Shown piece after piece: positions 1 through 9,283 of a DNA stretch of 64,000 nucleotides. Position numbers and translations under genes: made by a program. The stretch is taken from the NCBI GenBank assembly GCA_947085265.1, contig CAMTVR010000012.1:348912-412911 (forward strand), in the 5' to 3' direction. Each line of letters starts with the position of its first letter. Position 1 is the stretch's first letter. Source of the stretch: an uncultured Bacillus sp. GTDB lineage: Bacteria > Bacillota > Bacilli > ZCTH02-B2. The notes below the pieces were generated by a model that was not told the origin of the DNA, ran no database searches, and saw nothing but the letters and a program-made list of their open reading frames with translations.

Positions 1-1
1 A

Positions 2-583
2 GAAACCATCGGGCAAGCCAAAAGTCTGTTAGCCCAAGACCCGTCTTATCTTTTGGCCGGTGAAAGGAACAGTAAAAAAATACCTGGTTTTCACCTGGGA
101 AATTCACCGTCAGAGTGGCTTTCTGTCCCATTAAAAGCACAACGCATCATCTTCACCACGACCAATGGCACCCGAGCCATCCTCAAAGCGGCCAAAGCAG
201 ATCAAACCCTGATCGGCTCTTTTTTAAACGGTCAATCTTGTGCCAAGCAGGCCATCATACACCAGGCCGATATCACGATCCTCTGTGCCGGAACACGGAA
301 TCAATTCGCCATCGAAGATGGACTCGCCGCCGGATACCTCATCGATTGGCTTTTACAAATGGCTGAAAGGATCACGATCAATGATCTCGGTTGGACACTC
401 TACCACGCTTATCGCGCAAGCCGACCCCGGTTAACCGAAGTGATTCAGCAGGGCCAAACGGGTCAACGACTGCTTCAACTGGGCTGTCTTGATGATCTAA
501 CTCTGTGTTGTCAATTGGACAAATACCCTGTTGTTGCCCATTTCAAGCCCCCTTCCATCATTGGCACCTCCATCGGAACATAG
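2..583 (+). CDS. 2-phosphosulfolactate phosphatase (ComB) family protein, 5'-truncated by window start
   Basis: The frame is open from position 2. The 'GFHLGNSP' motif and overall composition are typical of the ComB phosphatase family. Confidence 0.55.
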   Translation, partial: ETIGQAKSLLAQDPSYLLAGERNSKKIPGFHLGNSPSEWLSVPLKAQRIIFTTTNGTRAILKAAKADQTLIGSFLNGQSCAKQAIIHQADITILCAGTRNQFAIEDGLAAGYLIDWLLQMAERITINDLGWTLYHAYRASRPRLTEVIQQGQTGQRLLQLGCLDDLTLCCQLDKYPVVAHFKPPSIIGTSIGT

Positions 584-647
584 TTGGGACGACTAATTTT
601 AATCCGACGATCATAGGATGAACTAGTGCCTGGAAGAAAATCATCCA

Positions 648-1133
648 TTGAGAGGAAGGCTTCTACATCCTATGCATGGGGAACTCATCCTCATTATTCT
701 GATCGTGATCGGAATCATTGGCCGTTCAAATATCCTTGCCACTGCTGCAAGCCTGCTTCTGATCATGAAGCTGATCCATCTTGAAAGGTTTTTTCCGACT
801 GTGGAAAGAAGAGGTTTGGAATTCGGCTTGCTGTTTTTGATGATGGCTGTTCTGGTACCGTTTGCTGCTGAAAAAATCACCTGGAAAGAATTGCTCTCCT
901 TGTTTACGTCGCCAATCGGCATACTGGCGTTGATGGGTGGCGCCATTGCGACGTATATGAACGGGAAAGGCCTCTCTCTCCTGCAAACCGATCCCCAATT
1001 GATCATCGGTCTGGTCATCGGATCGATTTTTGGGATCATCTTTCTAAAAGGAATCCCTGTCGGTCCATTGATGGCCGCAGGGATTACAGCCGCCTTGCTC
1101 AAGTGTTTTACCTTTTTCTTCTTTAAACCTTGA
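648..1133 (+). CDS. UPF0756/DUF441 family small membrane protein
   Basis: About 150 aa with four predicted TM helices. The '[18 protein letters not shown]' segment is typical of the family. An alternative ATG lies at 672. Confidence 0.6.
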   Translation: MRGRLLHPMHGELILIILIVIGIIGRSNILATAASLLLIMKLIHLERFFPTVERRGLEFGLLFLMMAVLVPFAAEKITWKELLSLFTSPIGILALMGGAIATYMNGKGLSLLQTDPQLIIGLVIGSIFGIIFLKGIPVGPLMAAGITAALLKCFTFFFFKP

Positions 1134-1135
1134 GT

Positions 1136-1693
1136 CTAGGCTCTGGATACATAACTTTCAGTGCGTGTATCGATGATCAATTTGTCTCCAACATTGATAA
1201 ACAAAGGCACTTGGACCACCAAACCGGTTTCAAGCGTGGCCGGCTTGCTTCCACCGGTAGCCGTATCGCCTCGAATACCTGGATCAGTGGCCACAACCTC
1301 CAACTCAACAGTATTGGGCAGTTCAATCCCGATGACCTGTTCGTTGTGCAACATGATGTGAACCGTCATATTTTCTTTCAGAAATTTTAGTTCACGCTCA
1401 ATTTGCTTGCGATTTAAGGTCAGTTGTTCGTAAGTTTCACTATCCATGAAGGTATACTCGTCACCGCTGCTGTATAGGTATTGCATCGCTCTCGTATCGA
1501 TCCGGGCTTGTTCCACTTTTTCGCCGGCGCGAAACGTCCTTTCCTGGATGTTTCCATTTTGGAGATTGCGCAGCTTGGTGCGCACAAAAGCGGCTCCTTT
1601 CCCCGGTTTCACATGCATGAATTCAATAATTTGCCAGAGATCACCGTCCACTTCAATCGTCAGCCCTGTACGAAAATCGTTGGTTGATATCAT
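1136..1693 (-). CDS. efp: elongation factor P
   Basis: 185 aa. Hallmarks are '[17 protein letters not shown]...[15 protein letters not shown]' and the conserved KPGKG loop. Confidence 0.95.
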   Translation of the reverse strand: MISTNDFRTGLTIEVDGDLWQIIEFMHVKPGKGAAFVRTKLRNLQNGNIQERTFRAGEKVEQARIDTRAMQYLYSSGDEYTFMDSETYEQLTLNRKQIERELKFLKENMTVHIMLHNEQVIGIELPNTVELEVVATDPGIRGDTATGGSKPATLETGLVVQVPLFINVGDKLIIDTRTESYVSRA

Positions 1694-1727
1694 TGCGTAC
1701 CTCCATCACTTGGAATACTGTCTTTAC

Positions 1728-2798
1728 TTAGAGGACCATGAACTCTTTCGGTGCGCGGGTCAATACTTCCAATCCATGGTCGGTCAACAACACGTCATCC
1801 TCGATCCGCACACCTCCAAGGCCGGGTACATAAATACCAGGCTCCACGGTCAAAACCATCCCCTTTTCCAGGATGGTTTCACATCTTCGGGAAAGGCTGG
1901 GCGCCTCATGAATGTCCAGGCCAATCGCGTGTCCTGTCGCGTGACCAAATGCCTCTCCATAACCACGGTCACTGATATAGGAGCGAACCACGGCATCCGC
2001 CTCACGACCCGTCATCCCTGGGCCAATCTCAGACAAACCTTTTAACTGCGCTGCAAGGACAATCTGATAAATCTCCTGCAATCGTGGATCCACCTGACCC
2101 AGGGCAACAGTTCGTGTCAAGTCGGAACAATACCCTTGATAACGCGCGCCAAAGTCCAACGTAATCATATCTCCGGCCTGCAGAACACGCTGGCTGGCAA
2201 CGCCGTGGGGAAGCGCCGAACGCGGACCGGAGGCCACAATGGTGTCAAAAGAGGGACCGGAAGCGCCCAATTGCCGCATCTTGTACTCCAATTCCAAGGC
2301 GACATCGCTTTCCCGGACGCCCGGACGAAGGATCGTCAACACATGCGCAAATGCCTGCTCAGCGATCACCGCGGCCTTGCGGATGAGCTGAATTTCCTCT
2401 GGATCTTTCACATAGCGCAAACGCTCAATCCACTCTGCTGTCGGCACCAAGCGTATCGGCTGAAGAGCCTCCTGCAGCCGCAAGTATTCCCCATACACGA
2501 GATGGTTCTGATCAAATCCCAACTGCTGAACACCAGCTTTGTGCAGCAATTCTTTTAAGGTATGTACCGCTTCTCCGTGATGCTCAACCACCTGAAACAA
2601 TGGAGCCTGTTCTCCGGCTTGTTCCACATACCGAAAATCCGTCACCAGCCATGCATCCGTATGAGTAATCACCACCAGGCCGCTAGTCCCCGTAAAACCG
2701 CTGATATACCGCCGATTGCTAGGTGCCGTAACCAGCAACGCATCCAGGCTCTCCTCTCTCAACCTTTCCCGAACGCGGGAAACGCGCTGTGCATGCAT
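1728..2798 (-). CDS. papA: Xaa-Pro aminopeptidase / M24 family peptidase (PapA/YqhT-like)
   Basis: 356 aa with M24 metal-ligand motifs (HGxGHxxGLDxHE). It sits downstream of aroQ and upstream of efp, as in B. subtilis. Confidence 0.85.
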   Translation of the reverse strand: MHAQRVSRVRERLREESLDALLVTAPSNRRYISGFTGTSGLVVITHTDAWLVTDFRYVEQAGEQAPLFQVVEHHGEAVHTLKELLHKAGVQQLGFDQNHLVYGEYLRLQEALQPIRLVPTAEWIERLRYVKDPEEIQLIRKAAVIAEQAFAHVLTILRPGVRESDVALELEYKMRQLGASGPSFDTIVASGPRSALPHGVASQRVLQAGDMITLDFGARYQGYCSDLTRTVALGQVDPRLQEIYQIVLAAQLKGLSEIGPGMTGREADAVVRSYISDRGYGEAFGHATGHAIGLDIHEAPSLSRRCETILEKGMVLTVEPGIYVPGLGGVRIEDDVLLTDHGLEVLTRAPKEFMVL

Positions 2799-2801
2799 GT
2801 T

Positions 2802-3248
2802 TTATGAAACACTTCCTTTCTGACCGGCGAGGAAGCGCAGCGCCAGAAGATAACCCGCTGTACCCAGTCCCGTGATCTGGCCTTTGACGACCGGGGCAAC
2901 GACCGACTGATGCCGAAACGGTTCACGGCTGTATATATTGGAGAGGTGGACTTCAATCACCGGAACGGCGACACTGGCAAGGGCGTCCCGCAACGCATAA
3001 CTGTAATGCGTCAACGCGCCGGGGTTGATAATCATACCTAGCAGGTGTGGATCATCCTGATGTGACTGAATCTCGTCGATCAATTCTCCTTCGTGGTTGG
3101 ATTGAACAGCCAGCACTTTGACTCCAAGCGCATGTCCCAGCATGCGCAATTCCTGGTTTACATCCTCCAGGGTCTGACGGCCGTAAATCTCCGGTTCCCG
3201 TTTCCCGAGGCGATTCAGGTTTGGCCCGTGCAAGACGAGAATGTTCAC
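2802..3248 (-). CDS. aroQ: 3-dehydroquinate dehydratase, type II
   Basis: 148 aa with '[21 protein letters not shown]...HLSNIYSRE'. A 4-nt gap separates it from papA. Confidence 0.93.
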   Translation of the reverse strand: MNILVLHGPNLNRLGKREPEIYGRQTLEDVNQELRMLGHALGVKVLAVQSNHEGELIDEIQSHQDDPHLLGMIINPGALTHYSYALRDALASVAVPVIEVHLSNIYSREPFRHQSVVAPVVKGQITGLGTAGYLLALRFLAGQKGSVS

Positions 3249-3330
3249 CCATACCCCTCCTCACAGATAGCAACATTTTACCATAGAGGGTTCGGATTGA
3301 AAAAGGAGGGACACAAGGGAAGAAACAAGG

Positions 3331-5172
3331 TTATTTGTAGCGACGATATACATTCCGTTCCTGGTTTATTTGTTCATATAAATGGATGCGTTCAATGAGA
3401 ACCGGGAGTTCTGCATAAAAATCTACAATTTCAATCATAGGATCATTTTGTTTAATTTTAATAGTATCCATGAATTCAGTGCATATCGTTAACACCATCT
3501 TCGACTTCTGTTTCAGCAATCTAAGGGTATCCTCAAACTGTTGTATATCCTCATGATCAGTGGGAACAACGCATATATATCGCACATGCTCTAAGTGTGC
3601 ATAATCAAGAAGTTCTTCCATCGAAGGAAATGTCTCCAATGGTATGGTTCGCCATCCTGAGAACACAAAAGCTTCACTTACAATCTTTAACGGCCAATGG
3701 CCATTGTCCCTTGCATGAGGAAGAGGCACTAATAGTATGGTCAAGCGTTCGTCTTTCCGTGGATGATCGTTCGCGCGAACAGCTGAACTGAAATGATCTA
3801 GGACCTCTTGACAGATAATACACGCTGTTTGATAACAATCTTCCTTCAATGCTCCTAACCGTTGCATTTGTTGAATCAACTTCATCGTTTGCATAATCAC
3901 TTGAAACAAAATCGTCTCATGCGGCAGCGAACGGGTTAAACTCTGTATCAGGGAAACGGCTTTTCCGGCTTCACCCAACAGGAGGTGATTCTGATATAAA
4001 TGCTGAAGTTCTTCCATGACAAAGCGGTCAGGTTTTTTTGTATGGTTCATTCCCTGCCATGAGAGCAATCTCCGTACAGAAATGGATAGATTATGGGGAA
4101 TTTGATAGGTGTAACCTTGTTCTTTGTTTGTTACCGTCGGCAAGTAAGGAAATTGGGGATTTACGTCGGTAACGACAACAATATTGTGATTGGTTAACTC
4201 AAGGGTGGCATCAACCGGATAAATATGGAGCATCTGCATAAATTCACGCAGGAAGTATAAATCGTACAAATATGATTCGTGCAGCATCACTTCCAATGCT
4301 TTTGCGCCAGATAAAGGTTTCCTGTAGGGGCGTTCAAGCGTTAAAGCGGAGTATACGTCAATAATCATCAGGATACGAGCAAATAGTTCAATCTGATTCC
4401 CAATCCGTCCGTCCGGATAGCCGGATCCATCCATCCGTTCGTGATGCTGTTTTACAATCGGGATGATCGGACTGTCCGGCTCGTGTTCTGCAAGCAGCTG
4501 GACCCCGTATTCCACGTGCATTTTGATGATCTCAAATTCCTCAGTCGTCAATTTGTTTTCATTGGCCAATATTTTATGTGGCACTCGCAATTTTCCGATA
4601 TCGTGCAGCAAACATGCCGCGGAAAAAAGATGTTCGCTTCCCATTCCGATATGCTTTACAAACAACGAACCTAGAATAAATGTATCCAACGAATGAAAAT
4701 AGGTTGGCAGATCCCACTGTCTCAGTTCCCTCATGAGTTGATAATAGTAATGATCCCTTAATAGCGTTTGCCACAATTCGTATACATAAGTCAAACGTTC
4801 CGAGTGATTGAATGCCAAGCCATACCTGCTTTCCGAGCAAATATGCTTCATGTCTTCAAAAAATGGCCCAGATATTAATTGTTCACGTGCATTTAAACCT
4901 TTTTGGGCCTGCTGTTCCATGAGTTTGTTCAGTTGCGCTAAAAAGGGCTGTATGGAAACTCCTTCTTGAACAGTCTCCGCTTGTTCTATCGGCGCTTCGA
5001 TCGTATCGGCAATTCGGACTGGCACTTCAGTTACTTCGTATTTTTTTAGACGTCGAATCAAATCGGGTTTTAACACTGAACCTTTTGCAATGAGCAACGT
5101 TCTGCCTAAATAAATATCTTGTGCAACGATGTCTCCATCAGAAACATCGGTAATTTTTTTGATTTCAATCAT
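3331..5172 (-). CDS. HD-GYP domain protein (putative c-di-GMP phosphodiesterase) with extra N- and C-terminal domains
   Basis: 613 aa. The central region carries 'HDIGKL...HHERMDGSGYPDG' (HD-GYP). The gene is visibly lower in GC than its neighbours. Confidence 0.75.
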   Translation of the reverse strand: MIEIKKITDVSDGDIVAQDIYLGRTLLIAKGSVLKPDLIRRLKKYEVTEVPVRIADTIEAPIEQAETVQEGVSIQPFLAQLNKLMEQQAQKGLNAREQLISGPFFEDMKHICSESRYGLAFNHSERLTYVYELWQTLLRDHYYYQLMRELRQWDLPTYFHSLDTFILGSLFVKHIGMGSEHLFSAACLLHDIGKLRVPHKILANENKLTTEEFEIIKMHVEYGVQLLAEHEPDSPIIPIVKQHHERMDGSGYPDGRIGNQIELFARILMIIDVYSALTLERPYRKPLSGAKALEVMLHESYLYDLYFLREFMQMLHIYPVDATLELTNHNIVVVTDVNPQFPYLPTVTNKEQGYTYQIPHNLSISVRRLLSWQGMNHTKKPDRFVMEELQHLYQNHLLLGEAGKAVSLIQSLTRSLPHETILFQVIMQTMKLIQQMQRLGALKEDCYQTACIICQEVLDHFSSAVRANDHPRKDERLTILLVPLPHARDNGHWPLKIVSEAFVFSGWRTIPLETFPSMEELLDYAHLEHVRYICVVPTDHEDIQQFEDTLRLLKQKSKMVLTICTEFMDTIKIKQNDPMIEIVDFYAELPVLIERIHLYEQINQERNVYRRYK

Positions 5173-6283
5173 CTATAACTTCCTTTCTTACATATTGCGA
5201 CATTTCATTGTAGATGAATGTTACGTTAAAATACTTTTGTTTCATTTGTTTCTTGATCGAGTTACGCTCATTTTCCGAAACCCTTGATTCCATTCAATCT
5301 AACTTATATTTTCGTCTGTCGAAACTTGTCCTTTGTTCGTTTAAAACGAAGTATATGAAATGACCATATTTGCAACCTTGCCGGCATGCTTCGTGGCAAA
5401 AACAAGAGAGACAAAGGTTTGAGGGCAGGAGTTAGAGCGGAATTTACAGTTGTATTTTTTAGTAACATTAATGTCGATTAAAAGTCTTACAGTGAGGCGA
5501 TTTATGGTACTTTCGTATCGTTTTCCAGTCAACCTTTCGAATGATACATTTTGTGACTATTAGACACAAAACGATTGATAGAGATACAATTCCCGATAGA
5601 TGGCTTTTCACTATATGTCTCCTTGCTTGTTTAAAGAAGATAGCAAGAATATTCAACCGGAAATAAGGAGAGTCATAGATATGAGTGCAGTTGAACCCAT
5701 TCGTGATTTAAGGACTATCAGAAAAATACGCTTGATATTAAGAGGCCAGTCAAAGCGCAATGAATTGCTTTTTGTTCTTGGAATCAACGTCGGCTTGCGA
5801 ATCAGCGATATTCTTCGCTTAAAGGTGAAAGACATTATAACGCCTAACGGTAAAATCAGAGATTACGTCATCGTTAAGGAAAAGAAGACAAAGAAAATCA
5901 AGAGATTTTATCTAGGCAAGGTGGTCAAGCAAACGATTAAAGAATACCTGAATGAATATCAACCGGATCCGGAAATGTATGTATTCAAAAGTCGAAAAGG
6001 GAAAAATCGGCCGATCAGCCGTCAACAAGCCTATCGAATTATCAATTACGCCGCAGAAATCGCCGGTTTGGTTGAGCGCGACGAATCGGGTCAAATTGTA
6101 AGCGGGGAAATCGGCACACACACATTACGTAAGACTTTTGGGTATCATGCTTACAAGAATGGGGCAGATACAGATTTGTTGCAAGAAATTTTTAATCATT
6201 CGTCCAATAAAACCACATTAAAGTATATCGGCATCACAGAGGAACAGAAAAAAGAAGTGTATCTGAGCTCAAACCTTGGTTAA
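5173..6283 (+). mobile_element. low-GC island remnant: ~500 bp AT-rich spacer plus a minimal tyrosine recombinase gene
   Basis: A compositional break (about 40% GC) relative to flanking housekeeping genes. The block occupies the position of yqhR in the B. subtilis gene order. Confidence 0.35.
5681..6283 (+). CDS. tyrosine-type site-specific recombinase, catalytic domain only (~200 aa)
   Basis: R in 'GLRISDILRLKVKD', 'HTLRKTFGYHAY' (HxLR...H) and the nucleophile Y in 'TTLKYIG' are all present. There is no N-terminal core-binding/SAM-like domain. The ORF track begins at 5600, but the likely start is the ATG at 5681. Confidence 0.7.
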   Translation: MSAVEPIRDLRTIRKIRLILRGQSKRNELLFVLGINVGLRISDILRLKVKDIITPNGKIRDYVIVKEKKTKKIKRFYLGKVVKQTIKEYLNEYQPDPEMYVFKSRKGKNRPISRQQAYRIINYAAEIAGLVERDESGQIVSGEIGTHTLRKTFGYHAYKNGADTDLLQEIFNHSSNKTTLKYIGITEEQKKEVYLSSNLG

Positions 6284-7316
6284 AAACTCGTGCCACACAG
6301 ATACACGTGAACATGATAAAATAAAATACAGATCACAACGTATGATGGCAGGTGATTCAAAAGTCATGTCACAAAAAAAACAGCCCCTTTACGGTGGTCA
6401 GGCCGTCATTGAAGGGGTGATGTTCGCCGGCCGGCGCACAAGGGTAACCGCGATTCGACGAAAAAATCAACAAATAGATTTTTTTGAAGAGGTAGGCATT
6501 GAGCCAACGGCCTGGTTGCGGATTGGACGAAAAATTCCCTTTCTCCGTGGCAATATCGCCATCATTGAGTCAGTGGCCGGCGGTTCGAAACACATGGAAT
6601 TCGCCAGCGAACGGTACGATGCTGAATCGTGCGAAGAAACGGATGCGATTCAGCCGGAAAAACCCGCCTCCAAATGGGCCGCCCTTTTCGGCATTGCCTT
6701 GTTGGCCGTCCTCTCCTTTATCGTCGGGAAAATCATCTTTACGGCTGTGCCCGCCTTTTTGGCAAGCGCATTTGATGCTTGGGTTCACAACTATTTCTTG
6801 CGCAACTTGATCGAAGGACTCATCAAGACTGCCTTGCTGCTTGCCTATCTCTGGATTATCGGCCAAGCTCCCCTCATCAAGCGCCTGTTTCAATATCATG
6901 GTGCAGAACACAAGGTGATCAACGCGTTTGAGGCCGGCGAACCATTAACGGTCGAACGGGTCAAAAAACACTCCCGCCTTCACTATCGGTGCGGAAGCAG
7001 TTTCTTGATTTTTACCATTCTGACAGGCGTCATTTTGTATTCATTCATTCCGTATTCAAGCGTATGGGAGCGGGTGTGGGATCGTATTCTGCTCATTCCT
7101 GTGGTGATCGGTTTGTCCTATGAAGTGCTTCGTTTGACCAACGCCGCAAAGGATATTCCCTTCCTCTCCTGGCTTGGGTATCCGGGACTTTGGCTGCAAA
7201 AATTGACAACACGTGAACCCGATGAATCTCAGATCGAGGTTTCAATTGCCGCCTTTCAGCGAATGAGAGAACTGGAAGCGCATCATGCGTCTTCGTCTCA
7301 AACTCTCAGTTTGTAA
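6276..7316 (+). CDS. DUF1385 family protein (YqhQ-like)
   Basis: 'GGQAVIEGVMFAG' is the DUF1385 signature. TM segments are present. The start is probably internal (ATG at about 6339 or 6366). Confidence 0.75.
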   Translation: MVKNSCHTDTREHDKIKYRSQRMMAGDSKVMSQKKQPLYGGQAVIEGVMFAGRRTRVTAIRRKNQQIDFFEEVGIEPTAWLRIGRKIPFLRGNIAIIESVAGGSKHMEFASERYDAESCEETDAIQPEKPASKWAALFGIALLAVLSFIVGKIIFTAVPAFLASAFDAWVHNYFLRNLIEGLIKTALLLAYLWIIGQAPLIKRLFQYHGAEHKVINAFEAGEPLTVERVKKHSRLHYRCGSSFLIFTILTGVILYSFIPYSSVWERVWDRILLIPVVIGLSYEVLRLTNAAKDIPFLSWLGYPGLWLQKLTTREPDESQIEVSIAAFQRMRELEAHHASSSQTLSL

Positions 7317-7346
7317 ACTTTCTCGAGAAAGTGTGGTGTTCAGATC

Positions 7347-7727
7347 ATGGGCAACCGTCTTTTGACAACCATCTTAATGGGGCTGTTCTTCATCGGCCTG
7401 ATCGTCACCTTGCTGAGCAATCCCTTTTCTGTTTTGATCCCGTTGGCGATCCTGGGAGTGATCATTTATTTTTTACGCCATCAACGGCACCGATTTCGCC
7501 GCAGCGGACCTATAGGAGGCAGAGGATTCGCTTCACCTTCTCATACGGCAAGGACACCTCATTCAAGAAAACGGTTTTCCCTGAAATTAAAATCAAACGC
7601 TCCGGAGCTTTCCTTCCAAAAAAAGAAGGCTGCAAAGAAAAAGGAACATTCTTTTCGAGTGATCGAAGGAAAAAAAGGGAAATCTCCTTCCTCGGACAAA
7701 AACGACGATAAACACCTGCTTCATTAA
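7347..7727 (+). CDS. small membrane protein with basic C-terminal tail (YqhP-like)
   Basis: Two N-terminal TM helices precede a K/R-rich tail. It sits immediately downstream of the yqhQ-like gene. Confidence 0.5.
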   Translation: MGNRLLTTILMGLFFIGLIVTLLSNPFSVLIPLAILGVIIYFLRHQRHRFRRSGPIGGRGFASPSHTARTPHSRKRFSLKLKSNAPELSFQKKKAAKKKEHSFRVIEGKKGKSPSSDKNDDKHLLH

Positions 7728-7734
7728 AACTCGA

Positions 7735-8778
7735 TTAAAACTCGGCCGATTTTACGGTATGACGCTTGCGGTACTTTAAACAGTACGCGTCGAAATCCCA
7801 ACTGCGGAAGAAAGTTTCGGCCGCCATCTTTCCAGATTCGTACAGTTTCTCCATCTCATCGATGGACAGCGAAAAATCGGTGGCAGAAATGTCACCGGTT
7901 TGCACAAAAATCGTCCGTACCGCATCGGCCTCTCGTATGGCCAGATGGTCCATAGCCCCGATCATCGTTTTTGTCAAGGCTTGCGTATATTGAAACAACG
8001 TCCTAGTCGGGTGTGGTTTACACCACTGATCGCTGACCAGGCGGAAGCCAAAGGTCGGCCAGCGAGGTTTTTCCTTGCTGTCAAACAACCAAATGGGATA
8101 ATTGCTCAACACGCCACCATCAATCATCATGTAGGTACCTCTTTTTGTTCGCAATCGGAGCGGTTGAAAAAAATACGGGATCGCACAACTCATCGTTACT
8201 GCTCGCGCAACGGAAAAATGTCCGGGTTGAAGCGCGTATTTCCGGAGATCCCTTGGAAACACCACAATACTTCCAGATGTGATGTCGGTGGCAACGACGT
8301 GCAGTCGATCCTCTTGCAAATCTCTGAAAGAATAAATCCCTTTTTCAGCCAACTTCATGGCCAGCCAATGTTCCAAAGGACCGGTTGCATACAAACCTTT
8401 TTTCAACAACAACTGTACAGGCGGTCCAATGACCGGAAATCTCAGCCAGCCCGAACGCTTCATGAAGCGGGAAAAATCCAATTCATGAAAGAAGCGACGC
8501 AGTTCCGCTGCCGTATAACCTGCCGCCAGCAAGGAAGCCACAATCGCGCCAGAAGAGGTGCCGGCCACCCGTTTCCATCGATATCCCTGCTCCTCGGCCA
8601 CCTGAATGGCCCCTACCAACGCAATTCCGCGAATTCCTCCACCTTCAAACACAGCATCGGCCCACATTGCTCTTCCCCCCATCTCTACAACAGGGTATGA
8701 ACAAGAGGGCCTGGTTGACAATAAATGATAGCCAATTATTTTACGCTTTTTGTCATCTGGATCTACCACCACCACCAA
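7735..8778 (-). CDS. patatin-like phospholipase (YqhO-like)
   Basis: 'GGGIRGIALVGAI' (GGxRG) and 'GTSSGA' (GxSxG) are both present. The true start is probably an internal Met near 8682. Confidence 0.85.
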   Translation of the reverse strand: MVVVVDPDDKKRKIIGYHLLSTRPSCSYPVVEMGGRAMWADAVFEGGGIRGIALVGAIQVAEEQGYRWKRVAGTSSGAIVASLLAAGYTAAELRRFFHELDFSRFMKRSGWLRFPVIGPPVQLLLKKGLYATGPLEHWLAMKLAEKGIYSFRDLQEDRLHVVATDITSGSIVVFPRDLRKYALQPGHFSVARAVTMSCAIPYFFQPLRLRTKRGTYMMIDGGVLSNYPIWLFDSKEKPRWPTFGFRLVSDQWCKPHPTRTLFQYTQALTKTMIGAMDHLAIREADAVRTIFVQTGDISATDFSLSIDEMEKLYESGKMAAETFFRSWDFDAYCLKYRKRHTVKSAEF

Positions 8779-9059
8779 GGAGCCAGGCTAATGGCCAAGA
8801 TTGAAAACAAGGCCAGCGGAACAACAACGGGGTAGAATAACACCTCATCCGCGGCAGGTAAACATTCGGTGCCGAGTGCATGGGTCACGGTGACCTTTTC
8901 GGCGCCTCCTGCAACAGGCCAAGGATATGGCCGCAAGTAAACATATCTCCCGTCGACGCCCATTAGTCTCCCATAATACCTTCTCCCATCCCGCATCCGG
9001 ACCACCACCATACGGTACATGTGACGGTGACAAAATCTGTAAATCCAGCTATAAGGCAC
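8763..9059 (-). CDS. hypothetical small protein (Sm-like N-terminal motif, hydrophobic C-terminus)
   Basis: GTG start preceded by AAGGAGG. 'VVVRMRDGRRYYGRLMGVDGRYVYL' resembles an Sm1 motif. The C-terminal TM-like segment ends in WWWW. Confidence 0.3.
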   Translation of the reverse strand: MPYSWIYRFCHRHMYRMVVVRMRDGRRYYGRLMGVDGRYVYLRPYPWPVAGGAEKVTVTHALGTECLPAADEVLFYPVVVPLALFSILAISLAPWWWW

Positions 9060-9189
9060 TAATACCAGAACCTCCTTTTGGTTTCACATGCTTGTTTTCA
9101 CAGTTGTAACACCATGAGCATCTGATGGTTGCTCCATTACTATGGGTATGACGCGTGATTTCCCTTGCTCATCCACCAATCTCCCATTT

Positions 9190-9260
9190 TTTGAAAAACA
9201 GGGTTTCGCCCTGCCAAAAAACAAAAAAGCACCTGGATTCATCCATCCAGGCGCACGCGA
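9190..9260 (-). terminator. intrinsic terminator(s) downstream of nrdJ
   Basis: On the minus strand a 'CCUGGAUGGAUGAAUCCAGG' hairpin is followed by a U-run. A second 'CAGGGCGAAACCCUG' hairpin plus U-run follows. Confidence 0.6.
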
Positions 9261-9283
9261 ATTTTTTATTGGGAGAAATCAGG

